64,000 nucleotides of DNA. It comes from an uncultured Bacteroidota bacterium (GTDB lineage: Bacteria; Bacteroidota; Ignavibacteria; Kryptoniales; JAKASW01). Of this stretch, positions 1 through 8,979 are shown in pieces. The notes below the pieces were generated by a model. The model searched no databases, had not been told where the DNA came from, and saw only the letters and a program-made list of their open reading frames with translations. Within the stretch, counting starts at the first letter, position 1. Every line of letters starts with the position of its first letter. A program made the position numbers and the translations under genes. The stretch is taken from contig CAWEBD010000128.1 in assembly GCA_963806435.1 (NCBI GenBank), positions 14,466 through 78,465 on the forward strand. Direction: 5' to 3'.

Positions 1-2240
1 ATCTCCGCGATCAACTCTCCGAGAATATAGTTCACATCCGACCTGGTCATCGCATAATCGATGAGCTTGCCATACTGACCGCGCATTGCGTTCCAGTCCA
101 CGCCGTGCATATTCGGGTCGTAGAAGTAGTCCCGCTGGAACCGCCAGACATCGTTGAAAATCTGACGCCATTCCTCGCGCGGATTGACCGTCATTGTCAT
201 CTGGCTCACCGGCATTGCTTTGTCGAGCTTCTGGTCGGCTCCTACATCGGTGATGAAATAGGAGCCTTCCTTTGCCAGCATAATTTTCTTCCCGTCGGCG
301 GAGATCACGTAATCTGAAACGCCGTCCGCTATCGTCTTGTCCTCTCTCTTCTCAAGGTCGTAATACATGACTGCATTCTTCTTCTCGCCGGAGCCGCTGT
401 TCGGCCCCTTCAGGTAAACGACTTTCCCGGATATCGCTTCGACATTGCGGTAATTGCCCGCCGCCGGAGGAAGGATAACAACCCGCCCAGCCATGCCTTC
501 GAAGTCGATCCTCGTATCTTTGGATTTCTCCTCAGGTTTCTTCTCATCCTTCTTTTTTTCTTCGTCCTTCTTTTCCCCCTTATCGGCCTTAACAACAGTG
601 GTGTCGTTCTTCGGCGCCAGAGGAGAAACAAGTGTATCCTGCAATGTTATCAGTGCAAGCCTGGTCGAATTCGGGTAAATGAAGGTGTTCTCCATGTCGC
701 TGTACACCGGCGTAAAAGTGTTGTTGGTGAGAAAGTACAGGTACTTCCCGTCCGGATCGAACACCGGATCGCTATCGGAATAATAGCCGCTAGTAACGGC
801 ATGGACCCCGCCTTCCTTCGTGTCGAATATGTAGATAGCGCTGTGTCTGTCGTCCAGGTCCTTCGGATAGGCAAGCCAGCGGCTGTCCCGCGACCAGGAG
901 GCCTTGAAGCTGCGCAAGTCTCCATCAAAAGCATACCTTTGCTTGTCCACCTTCGTTGTCTTGTCCTTGTCGAGATCATACACATAGATGTCCATCGCTT
1001 TGTCGATGAAGGCGAGTTTCTTGCTGTCGGGCGACCAGTAGATACGATACCTGAACCCGGCACCGTAGGAAGTCAGCTTTTTCTCAGCAGATGGGTTCTC
1101 CATGTCTTTCAGCGTCAGCTCATAGTCGCCTGACCGGTCGCTCCAGTACGCCACGTATCTGCCGTTCGGCGACCAGGCAGGAAATCTCTCGGCAGTGCCG
1201 GAGGTGTTGGTTAGATCGACGACGTTTCCGTTCTCTGCCGGCACGGAGAAGAGGTCGCCGCGTGCCTCAAAGATTGCGCGCTTACCATCCGGGGCGACGG
1301 AAAAGCCGGCGATCATTTTCTCCACGTTCACCGCTTTCGGCATGATCGTGATTTCATCCGTGACAACTTCTATTTTCACCTCGTGGTATTTTTCCGTCGC
1401 TAGGTCGAGCAGATATAATTTGCCGCCCGCTTCGAAAACTATGTCATCAGGACCGAGCGAAGGGAAGTGAATATCGAAGTCTTTGAAGTCAGTTACTTCC
1501 CTGGTCTGTTTTGTGGAAAGGTCATAAGCCCATATGTTGGCCCTCTCGTTGGTGCCCCGATCGGAGAGGAAATAAATCGTGTTATTGTGCCACATCGGGA
1601 ATTCGTCGTTGGCAGGATTGTCGGTGATGTTCACGTCCGACTGTTTCCGGAAGTCGTAGACCCAGATGTCCGCCGCCATCCCGCCACGATATCTTTTCCA
1701 TGTCCTGTAGGCCCGTGAAATCGGCGTGAAGGCAATCTGGTTGCCATCCGGTGAGATGCATCCGAACTCACCGTACGGAAGCGGGATCTTTTCGGGCATT
1801 CCACCTTCCGCGGATGCCTTGTAGAACTGGTCAAACCTTTGCCTCCCGCTCTCCATCGACGACGCGATCAGGAGGTTCTTGCCATCGGGATACCAGTCCA
1901 CCATCCTGTCCGGATATCCATGATAAGTCACCCTGAGAGGCATGCCGCCCTTCGATGGAATGACATAGACATCGACATTGCCCTCATAATTCCCGCTGAA
2001 CGCTATCTTCGAGCCATCCGGGGAGAATTTCGGAAGTATCTCCTCCCCCGGTGGCGTTGTGAGTCGGTTTGCGACCCCTCCCTCCTTTGGCGCGACCCAC
2101 AGGTCGCCCGCGTAGTCGAAGACAATCTGTGTGTGTGACACGGCCGGATACTGGAGGAGTCTCGCGTCGATCTGCCCGAACGCCTCCCTACCTGTTACCG
2201 TAAACAGCAATAGTGCAAATAACAAAAGAAGTTTTCTCAT
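1..2240 (-). CDS. Tricorn protease homolog (S41 family), 3' end outside window
   Basis: Absent from the ORF track because it has no stop in the window. Hand translation of sampled segments from ATG 2240 gives signal peptide MRKLLLLFALLLF, then ARLLQYPAVSHTQIVFDYAGDLW, PKFSPDG, WKRYRGGMAADIW. The same frame reads DVNYILGELIAE at the window edge. Confidence 0.9.
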   Translation of the reverse strand, partial: MRKLLLLFALLLFTVTGREAFGQIDARLLQYPAVSHTQIVFDYAGDLWVAPKEGGVANRLTTPPGEEILPKFSPDGSKIAFSGNYEGNVDVYVIPSKGGMPLRVTYHGYPDRMVDWYPDGKNLLIASSMESGRQRFDQFYKASAEGGMPEKIPLPYGEFGCISPDGNQIAFTPISRAYRTWKRYRGGMAADIWVYDFRKQSDVNITDNPANDEFPMWHNNTIYFLSDRGTNERANIWAYDLSTKQTREVTDFKDFDIHFPSLGPDDIVFEAGGKLYLLDLATEKYHEVKIEVVTDEITIMPKAVNVEKMIAGFSVAPDGKRAIFEARGDLFSVPAENGNVVDLTNTSGTAERFPAWSPNGRYVAYWSDRSGDYELTLKDMENPSAEKKLTSYGAGFRYRIYWSPDSKKLAFIDKAMDIYVYDLDKDKTTKVDKQRYAFDGDLRSFKASWSRDSRWLAYPKDLDDRHSAIYIFDTKEGGVHAVTSGYYSDSDPVFDPDGKYLYFLTNNTFTPVYSDMENTFIYPNSTRLALITLQDTLVSPLAPKNDTTVVKADKGEKKDEEKKKDEKKPEEKSKDTRIDFEGMAGRVVILPPAAGNYRNVEAISGKVVYLKGPNSGSGEKKNAVMYYDLEKREDKTIADGVSDYVISADGKKIMLAKEGSYFITDVGADQKLDKAMPVSQMTMTVNPREEWRQIFNDVWRFQRDYFYDPNMHGVDWNAMRGQYGKLIDYAMTRSDVNYILGELIAE

Positions 2241-2584
2241 ACCCGCTCCTTACAAGGTTCTAAGTTTGTTTGGAACTGCTTGAAAGATACTCGCAAGTGC
2301 AGACAGCCATAATCAGACATTTTGCGGTACCTCTGACTACTCAGAAGGCTGTGTGATGTTACCTTCGGAATCGCGGTTCCTGCCTCCCTGACATGGTTCC
2401 GCGCATCAATTTAATTAAGCGAGGAATGAAACAACAGCCCGTAGGGAAAGAGCGCTAAGCCCTACTGATTCTTTCCGTGTGTATTAATGAATCACGTCTA
2501 CCGTCGCTGGGGTAGTTATTTTTGTGCAAGGGAGATTGGATTTGACAGGTGTCTCCCCCTTCAATGGCGTGTACTAATGAATCA

Positions 2585-2603
2585 AGGCTTCACGAACAAG
2601 CCT
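2585..2603 (-). terminator. Possible short terminator hairpin
   Basis: AGGCTT-N7-AAGCCT just downstream of the stop at 2615; no clear U tract. Confidence 0.25.
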
Positions 2604-2614
2604 GTGGTACGGCT

Positions 2615-3031
2615 TCAGTTGTTCTTGGCTCCCTGGTCGATCCAACTTTTGATCGTGCCGATCTGCGCCTGGCCGAGAGCCTGTTTATTTAGGGGCATAC
2701 GCGTGCCGGCGGCTCCCGTAATCTTGAGAAACAGGTAACTGCTGTCGGAATTGGACGGCTTTACCCTGTAGTAGGAAGCATCCTCCGTGCTAAGGACATT
2801 CACTAGGTTGGCATAAGATTTACCCGCCTCAAGGCTCATCGGGGCTATCGTGCCAGAGCTCACGTGGCATCCCGGTACGGCACAGTTAGCAGTGAAAATC
2901 GGCTGCACCTCGCTGGCGAAACTTACCGTCGTATCGGAGGGCGACGGACCCGTCGGGTTGCTGCTCGTGCTCGATGATTTCGAACATGCCGCGAAGGCAA
3001 ATGCCATGAGAATAACGGCGCCGATTTTCAT
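2615..3031 (-). CDS. Lipoprotein with cytochrome c-like domain (Planctomycete cytochrome C-like, CX4CH)
   Basis: Lipobox FAAC, Ser-rich linker, VSFASEVQPIFTANCAVPGCH, distal RMP, C-terminal IKSWIDQGA. Confidence 0.7.
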   Translation of the reverse strand: MKIGAVILMAFAFAACSKSSSTSSNPTGPSPSDTTVSFASEVQPIFTANCAVPGCHVSSGTIAPMSLEAGKSYANLVNVLSTEDASYYRVKPSNSDSSYLFLKITGAAGTRMPLNKQALGQAQIGTIKSWIDQGAKNN

Positions 3032-3089
3032 ACTTCATCCTTTTCGCCCTACAACAGAGACGCTGTCCGTAAAGGTTCCCGACAACCCC

Positions 3090-6059
3090 CTACTGATTAA
3101 ACAGGAGCTCGTCGTAGACATTCGGCTCCCCAGCCTTTTCTTTGCCGCCTCCCTGCCATTCCGTTGCTTTAAGCCCGATGGACCTGAACTCACCGACTCC
3201 TCCTCCGCCGTGGTCATCCTGAGCACCGACAAGGAATGAGATTTTCCAGCTCGGATCAGGTTTCCCCAGGAGAGTTATTGGAATGGAGAATGTTATCTCT
3301 CTGTCTGCCACGCTCCCAAGAGTGTTCGAGGTGTCAGATACGGCCGGAATGTAAGTCGCCAATTTTGTCCCCGCACTGTCGAAAATTTCTATTCCTCCGC
3401 CGACGTAGATGATTCTGTGAAACCCGCGCCCGGCCGGCAGAGTATATTCCGAATTTCGCCCGAGGTCGTGTTGTCCGCCCGTTCCGTTTCCGATGGCTAT
3501 CGCCGCGAAGGTCAATTGAAAACCGTAGTCAGGGTGCCACATAGGATTTACGAGATTTCTGAATTTCATTTTAAAGAAAACGTCGGAGCTATCGTAGCTC
3601 ACCTCCGCGTGAACGATATCGAGTATACCCTTCCGGAAATATTGATTCAGCGGATACTTATATGTTCCGGCCGGACCTTTATCGTCGCTTACCGGATCAT
3701 CCGCCTCTGCGAAGAGAATTGCAGCCGCGTCTTTCTTTTTTATATCGCTCAGCTTCAGGACTTTGAAGTCCGGCTGCCTGGCGAAATTCCAGCCGAGACT
3801 TATCCGCGGGGTTTGGAAATGCAGGGTGTCCAGCGAAGTAAACTTGGGAATTGGTTTCGTGATGCTCTCAAGGCGGAGCGGTGCGCCCCCCTCCGATGCT
3901 TCGACCGATTCAGGAAGTAATTTCAGAAGTACACTCCCCCTACCGGAAACACGGAAACACGACTCGATCTCCTCCTTCCCATCGTGAGTCGAATAAACTT
4001 TGAAAAGCGTGTTCCCGGCACCATCCAACGCCGATATTTCTATCTCTCCTGGTTTCTTCTCAAGTCGATAGGAGATGAGGTAGTCTCCGCATTTTCCGCC
4101 GTTGAGTCTGAATGTCACATCTTTAAGCGGCGACGGAATTCTGGGGCGTAGCGAAACGGTATTGTTGCCGGCCTCGACCCGCACTCCGAGATAATCTTCA
4201 TAGAACGATCCGATGAATTCCGCGAGGCTCCACGCCTGGCTAAAGGCCCCCGATTCATCCGGCTTTACCTCATCCTCGCGGGGAAACGCGTCGAAGAGCT
4301 CGGGCAACGTCCCCGCTGTTTTGCCGTCCAGGATTTCGTTCGCGAGAAACATAGTGTTCCCAAACGCGAAGTCCTGTTGTCCCATCTCCGTAAGAGCCGA
4401 AACGAGCGGCCCTGTCAGCCAGACCCAGACCGTCCCGTTGTGGTAAGCCGCGTCAGGGACATAGTATGGCTCGTTGTGATGGAACGGGTGGAAGTTCGGA
4501 TCACCCTGATATAGCGATGCCACACCCCATGGGTAATCCAATTCCTGCGTGACCGTTTTCAGAATGCCGGCACGAATCGACGCATCGTTAACCAGGTCGA
4601 GTGCGAATATCTGGTTCGGACGAAGTTTCGTGTCGGGAACGCCGTGTGAGGTGAGATGATCGTAAAGAAGGCCTCTCCTTCGGTCTGTGAATTTGTCGTT
4701 GAAACTCTTCCGGAGAAGCGAGGCGATCCGGGCTGCCCGCGCCGAAACTGTATCGTCTCCGACTAAACGCGCGAAGTTTTTAGTGGCGGCAAGCTGCTTG
4801 AACCACAAGGCCTGAACGTCGACTGCCCTGTTTCCCCGGCGCACGTAAGGTCCGTCCGGGCCGACGGCGTCCATCCACGTCTCCTGGTCGCCGTGGGTCA
4901 GGAAGCCGTCTTTATCGACATGATGCCGCGTGGCGCCTTCGAACGCCAGCTTCACGACGGGATAGATTTCACGAAGAAATCCGGAGTCCCCCGTTGCCGT
5001 GTAGTATTGCCAGGCGGCGCTGACAAACCTCGGGGTGCCGTCGACGGTATTGTAGATGGTCTCCTTCGGAGTGATAAGATTTGGTATCCTTCCGTAATAA
5101 GTGCTGGCGGCGTCGGTATCCTGCTTCGCCGCAAAATCCAGAAGAATTTCCCTCGCCGCTTTGAAATTGCCGAGCCACATTGTCGCACCGGCGAGCGATA
5201 TGAAGCTGTCCCGTCCCCAGTAATCGTTGAACCACGGGAGCCCCGCCCAGATGCCCCGCATCCCCTGGTTCGTCACAAGCGCATCCAGCGAGAGTTTTGC
5301 CCACGCGAGAGCCTTGTTGAATTTCGGTTGACCGGTCGAGATAAAAGAGCGGTCAAGAATTTCCTGCATCCTCCTTCTCCGCTCAGACTGCAGCCTTCCG
5401 TGATGCCGGAGGACAGTGAGCGCGGTTTTGCCTGCGTCTACATCAGTTCTGCCGCATGTCACCGTTATCGATATATCCTTTCCAGTCATCTTGAAAACTA
5501 CTGGAGATGCAAATGGCCCCAGCATGCGCGGCCGATAAGTCGATTTCATCCCGGCGGCTGCGACAGCGACCCATCTCCCGAAATTGCCGGTGGGCAGAGA
5601 TTTGTTCTCGAGAAGCCCGACCCTTCCGCCGGACAGGACAAAATCACCGGGACTTGATGAATTGAACAAGGGGCGCAATTGGAGATTCATTTCAGTCTGC
5701 GATCGGAGCCGGACTACGAACGCGTTCACGCTGTCCAGAAGTGCAAAAGTCTCGGTAACTCCCGAATCATAAGTGCGAACGATTCTATCGGGAAAAACCG
5801 CCACAGTGGAGCCGGTCCGGTCGAGCTCCCTTCCGTTCACTTTTAAAGAATAGTCTTTCAATACGGGATTATCATATACAGTCCAGCCCTGAAACGGAGC
5901 GTCGTTTCTACCATGGGTCTCACCAAAATAGAATCCCGCTTCCTTGTTTGTATAGCTGTACCATCTGGTTGACGACGTCGCCGTGATGCCTAGGCTGTCG
6001 AGCGGTGTGCCGTGAAATTGTGGAGCCCCAAGGAGGAGAAGGGCGATCAAAGCGAACAT
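3090..6059 (-). CDS. Amylo-alpha-1,6-glucosidase / glycogen-debranching family glycosidase with C-terminal glucodextranase DOMON-like domain
   Basis: AGLPWFNDYWGRD, YNTVDGT, TWMDA, RPNQI, YHNGTVWVWL, LPELFD, QAWSLAE; C-terminal DPVSDDKGPAGTYKYP and VGAQDDHGG; hydrophobic N-terminus. Confidence 0.85.
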   Translation of the reverse strand: MFALIALLLLGAPQFHGTPLDSLGITATSSTRWYSYTNKEAGFYFGETHGRNDAPFQGWTVYDNPVLKDYSLKVNGRELDRTGSTVAVFPDRIVRTYDSGVTETFALLDSVNAFVVRLRSQTEMNLQLRPLFNSSSPGDFVLSGGRVGLLENKSLPTGNFGRWVAVAAAGMKSTYRPRMLGPFASPVVFKMTGKDISITVTCGRTDVDAGKTALTVLRHHGRLQSERRRRMQEILDRSFISTGQPKFNKALAWAKLSLDALVTNQGMRGIWAGLPWFNDYWGRDSFISLAGATMWLGNFKAAREILLDFAAKQDTDAASTYYGRIPNLITPKETIYNTVDGTPRFVSAAWQYYTATGDSGFLREIYPVVKLAFEGATRHHVDKDGFLTHGDQETWMDAVGPDGPYVRRGNRAVDVQALWFKQLAATKNFARLVGDDTVSARAARIASLLRKSFNDKFTDRRRGLLYDHLTSHGVPDTKLRPNQIFALDLVNDASIRAGILKTVTQELDYPWGVASLYQGDPNFHPFHHNEPYYVPDAAYHNGTVWVWLTGPLVSALTEMGQQDFAFGNTMFLANEILDGKTAGTLPELFDAFPREDEVKPDESGAFSQAWSLAEFIGSFYEDYLGVRVEAGNNTVSLRPRIPSPLKDVTFRLNGGKCGDYLISYRLEKKPGEIEISALDGAGNTLFKVYSTHDGKEEIESCFRVSGRGSVLLKLLPESVEASEGGAPLRLESITKPIPKFTSLDTLHFQTPRISLGWNFARQPDFKVLKLSDIKKKDAAAILFAEADDPVSDDKGPAGTYKYPLNQYFRKGILDIVHAEVSYDSSDVFFKMKFRNLVNPMWHPDYGFQLTFAAIAIGNGTGGQHDLGRNSEYTLPAGRGFHRIIYVGGGIEIFDSAGTKLATYIPAVSDTSNTLGSVADREITFSIPITLLGKPDPSWKISFLVGAQDDHGGGGVGEFRSIGLKATEWQGGGKEKAGEPNVYDELLFNQ

Positions 6060-6344
6060 GTTTCTGCCTCGCTGATTTTAAGCGGGAATGCCGATTCGCG
6101 AAAGGTTGGAGCAACGGCGCCGCGGAAGATTCAAACGTTTTCTTTGCATGACGTACACGATCGGCGCCGGCTCCACCGGCCTCGTGTCAATATTGGATAT
6201 CGCCATGTAAAAACTGAACGCGAAAAAGAAGACCACTGCCTTCATGATTTGAATTTACGCCAGCGGCCTGTTTTATGAAAGGTCTCAAACCAGGGCAGCA
6301 AACAAGTGTCATTGATTCCGAATGAATGGATATTAAATTGAGCT

Positions 6345-6746
6345 ATGAAGTATCTATATCTCCTTACCATCGGAACCATTATCGGCCTGCCTGTCGTTCT
6401 TTCGTCCTGCAAGAACGTGCTCGGCCCTTCTGGGCAGGCGGATATCGTTTTCCCCGCTTCGAACGTGAGCTACACGAAGCAGGTGCTCCCGCTGTTCAGT
6501 ACGGACTGCACTTACTCCGGATGCCACGATGACCAGACGGCGGCGGGAAACCTTGATCTCACGACTTACAACGGCCTTATATCAGCGCCGGGTGTGGTCA
6601 TCGCGAAGGATACCGTCCATAGCATCCTTATTCAGGTAATCGAAGGTAGAGGATACATCATGCCGCCTCCACCCGCTCCCCTACTGAACAGCAATCAGAT
6701 CCAGGGACTGAAAACCTGGATCATGGAAGGGCTGAAGTACAACTGA
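6345..6746 (+). CDS. Lipoprotein with cytochrome c-like domain (CX4CH)
   Basis: Lipobox LSSC, VSYTKQVLPLFSTDCTYSGCH, IMPP, LKTWIMEG; paralogous to 2615-3031. Confidence 0.7.
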   Translation: MKYLYLLTIGTIIGLPVVLSSCKNVLGPSGQADIVFPASNVSYTKQVLPLFSTDCTYSGCHDDQTAAGNLDLTTYNGLISAPGVVIAKDTVHSILIQVIEGRGYIMPPPPAPLLNSNQIQGLKTWIMEGLKYN

Positions 6747-6782
6747 CTTTTCCGGATTCCCTAGCGTCCGATATCGAGACGC

Positions 6783-8768
6783 TCATTTCCTGACGAGCAC
6801 GACAGGGCTTTCATCCTGTTTTTTCACCTTGTTGAAGAAATCTTTCGCCGCTTCGTAATTCTGCACGGGTAAGACCCGGCTCTTCACGGAAAAGACTTCG
6901 TTAAACAGAATATGCGACGGCGTTTTGTTTGAGTAGGACGAAGAGTACTCGAAATCCGGGGTCTTCAATTCAGCTTGTGATGGAAGATCTCTCACCACAT
7001 AACCCGAATCGACTGTGACGTCTACCCTCTTCCGCATTATATACGGGTAATCAAACTGTACCGGGTATCGTCTCTTGTCCCTGCTCAACCAACCAAGATC
7101 ACGCATCGTCGGGAAGGGATCCACGTGGAGGAAGTAGAGGTCGGACTGCCGCTGAACGAGGTTTGGAACATCAAAATCGAATGACAGGTTGAAATAAGTG
7201 GACAGTGAATCGACCGGGCACATTGTATAGTCCGTCAATTTCGAGTCCACAAAAGTATTCACTATCATGCTCTTGCAATAATTGCGGATTTCCTTCGGGG
7301 TAGCATCGGCAAAGGCGTTGCGCATCGCGAGGTCATCTTCCCCCTCGAACCTGACGGTCACGTGGAACTTGCTCATGGACTGCGAATGCATGTCGGCCTT
7401 GATATCGATGAACACGCCGTTGTCCCAAACCTGCGACGAAGGAGTCCTGTCGAGAAGAGACGTTCCGTCGTCGTTCAATACCAGCACCACGACCCCTTCA
7501 TCATCCGACGGAATTTCCCCGAGCCTGCAATACCTCACGGTGGGATCGAGCCAGAATGTCGAGCCGTCAGGCGTGTCGACCCTGACAATCATATGATTGA
7601 ACCTCCAGCACGGGAACGTCGGGTCGAGATGCCCTTCGGATTTCGTGAGGACGAGAACAGGCCTGGCGGAAATCCCGGCAGCCTCGAGCAGGCTTACGAG
7701 AAGGATGGCTTTGTCCTTGCAATCACCGTACTGCCTGTCCAGCACGGTCTGCGGAAAGTCCGGTTGGAGGCCTCCGATTCCGAGCTCAACCGCGGTGTAG
7801 CGGATCGCCTGAACATACCGGAAAATGTCGTTCATTTTCCCGACTTCTGACGTATCACTCGCCGTCAGTGTTTCAGACTCCTTTTTAATCGCGTCCGTCA
7901 TTTCGAGCCGCGGTTTGAAAAGGTCGTTGTAGTACCATTTCGAGATATCATCCCATGTCTTCCAGTCCGACGGTGCAAACTTGACATAGGCACGGAACCA
8001 ATCGTCCGGCGGCATCCCGGGCTCTGGTTCAAACGCAGGAATGCTGTCCAGCTTCCAGCTGAATGTCTCGTCCTCTGTCCTCTCTAATCCTTCCGTGTTT
8101 AACGGCCGGTCGAAGGCGGGCTGGCCAATTTTGGTATAGTTATATGTTCTGAAATTCCATTTCCAGCCCGCGCCGCCGAGCGCACGTGGGTCCATCAGTA
8201 TCGAAGGAACTGTCAGGGTATATATGTTGCGCATGACCGGCATGTACCGCTGGATTTCCCAGGCGTCGGTAATGAAAGGAAGATCGTTCTCCTCCTCGTA
8301 GGCATATTCCAATATCGATCCGCGCTGCGCAGCGGGAAAAGTGAACTTGACCGTTTTGATATCGGTGTAGAAAACCGACCCGCCCTCGGATCCACCGGAA
8401 ATCGTGTAGAAGTCCGCCTGCTTAAGCGGGATCACCTTTCCGTCCGGCTCGATTGTTCGTGCAGTGATCTCAAGCAGCTTCTCGCCGTGATATAGTTTGA
8501 TTTGCACCGAGGACTCGTCCGCGACATCTTTGAAGACTTTCTTGACCCGGTGGAAATCGGTTATAGTGTGGAAATTGTAATTCCGGTCGATCACCATTTT
8601 AACATCGGTCTTGTCAAGGATCATCACCGCATCCGCATCGGGATAGTCGGCCTGATCCGGCAACTTCTGAATTCCAAGGTCTTTTTGAAGTGAAGCCATG
8701 TCTTGAAGTGATAAGGTGGAACAGGAAGCGAACAAGGACAACAGGACTAAAGCGGCAAGGTACTTCAT
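6783..8768 (-). CDS. DUF3857 + transglutaminase-like lipoprotein with intact Cys-His-Asp triad
   Basis: Lipobox FASC; YGDCKD, FNHMIV, WLDPT; start placed at MKY downstream of GGAGG. Confidence 0.85.
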   Translation of the reverse strand: MKYLAALVLLSLFASCSTLSLQDMASLQKDLGIQKLPDQADYPDADAVMILDKTDVKMVIDRNYNFHTITDFHRVKKVFKDVADESSVQIKLYHGEKLLEITARTIEPDGKVIPLKQADFYTISGGSEGGSVFYTDIKTVKFTFPAAQRGSILEYAYEEENDLPFITDAWEIQRYMPVMRNIYTLTVPSILMDPRALGGAGWKWNFRTYNYTKIGQPAFDRPLNTEGLERTEDETFSWKLDSIPAFEPEPGMPPDDWFRAYVKFAPSDWKTWDDISKWYYNDLFKPRLEMTDAIKKESETLTASDTSEVGKMNDIFRYVQAIRYTAVELGIGGLQPDFPQTVLDRQYGDCKDKAILLVSLLEAAGISARPVLVLTKSEGHLDPTFPCWRFNHMIVRVDTPDGSTFWLDPTVRYCRLGEIPSDDEGVVVLVLNDDGTSLLDRTPSSQVWDNGVFIDIKADMHSQSMSKFHVTVRFEGEDDLAMRNAFADATPKEIRNYCKSMIVNTFVDSKLTDYTMCPVDSLSTYFNLSFDFDVPNLVQRQSDLYFLHVDPFPTMRDLGWLSRDKRRYPVQFDYPYIMRKRVDVTVDSGYVVRDLPSQAELKTPDFEYSSSYSNKTPSHILFNEVFSVKSRVLPVQNYEAAKDFFNKVKKQDESPVVLVRK

Positions 8769-8979
8769 TGGTGTCATTCCTCCCATTATTGGTTGCCGAG
8801 AAACGAATCGTTTGAATATGGATTAGTCCGATAACATTTCATTGCATAACGACCTCCATGCTGATTATTGGTGGAAGATTTGACGACGAGTGTGCTGGGC
8901 CTGTCTGCTGAAAGCTTCGCGGCGGCGCAATTAACACCGTCCGGGCAAACGGAAACTTGAAATTTCCTCGGAATGCGGA

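Noticed and set aside
105-2138. Many short ORFs in the track
   Set aside because: Shadow ORFs over the tricorn gene, which the track missed because it runs off the window
2479-2584. CRISPR remnant
   Set aside because: Only two 16-bp copies with a 74-bp gap and no cas genes in the window
8930-8979. c-di-GMP-I riboswitch-like GGCAAAC...GAAA
   Set aside because: The rest of the consensus and the second stem are not present
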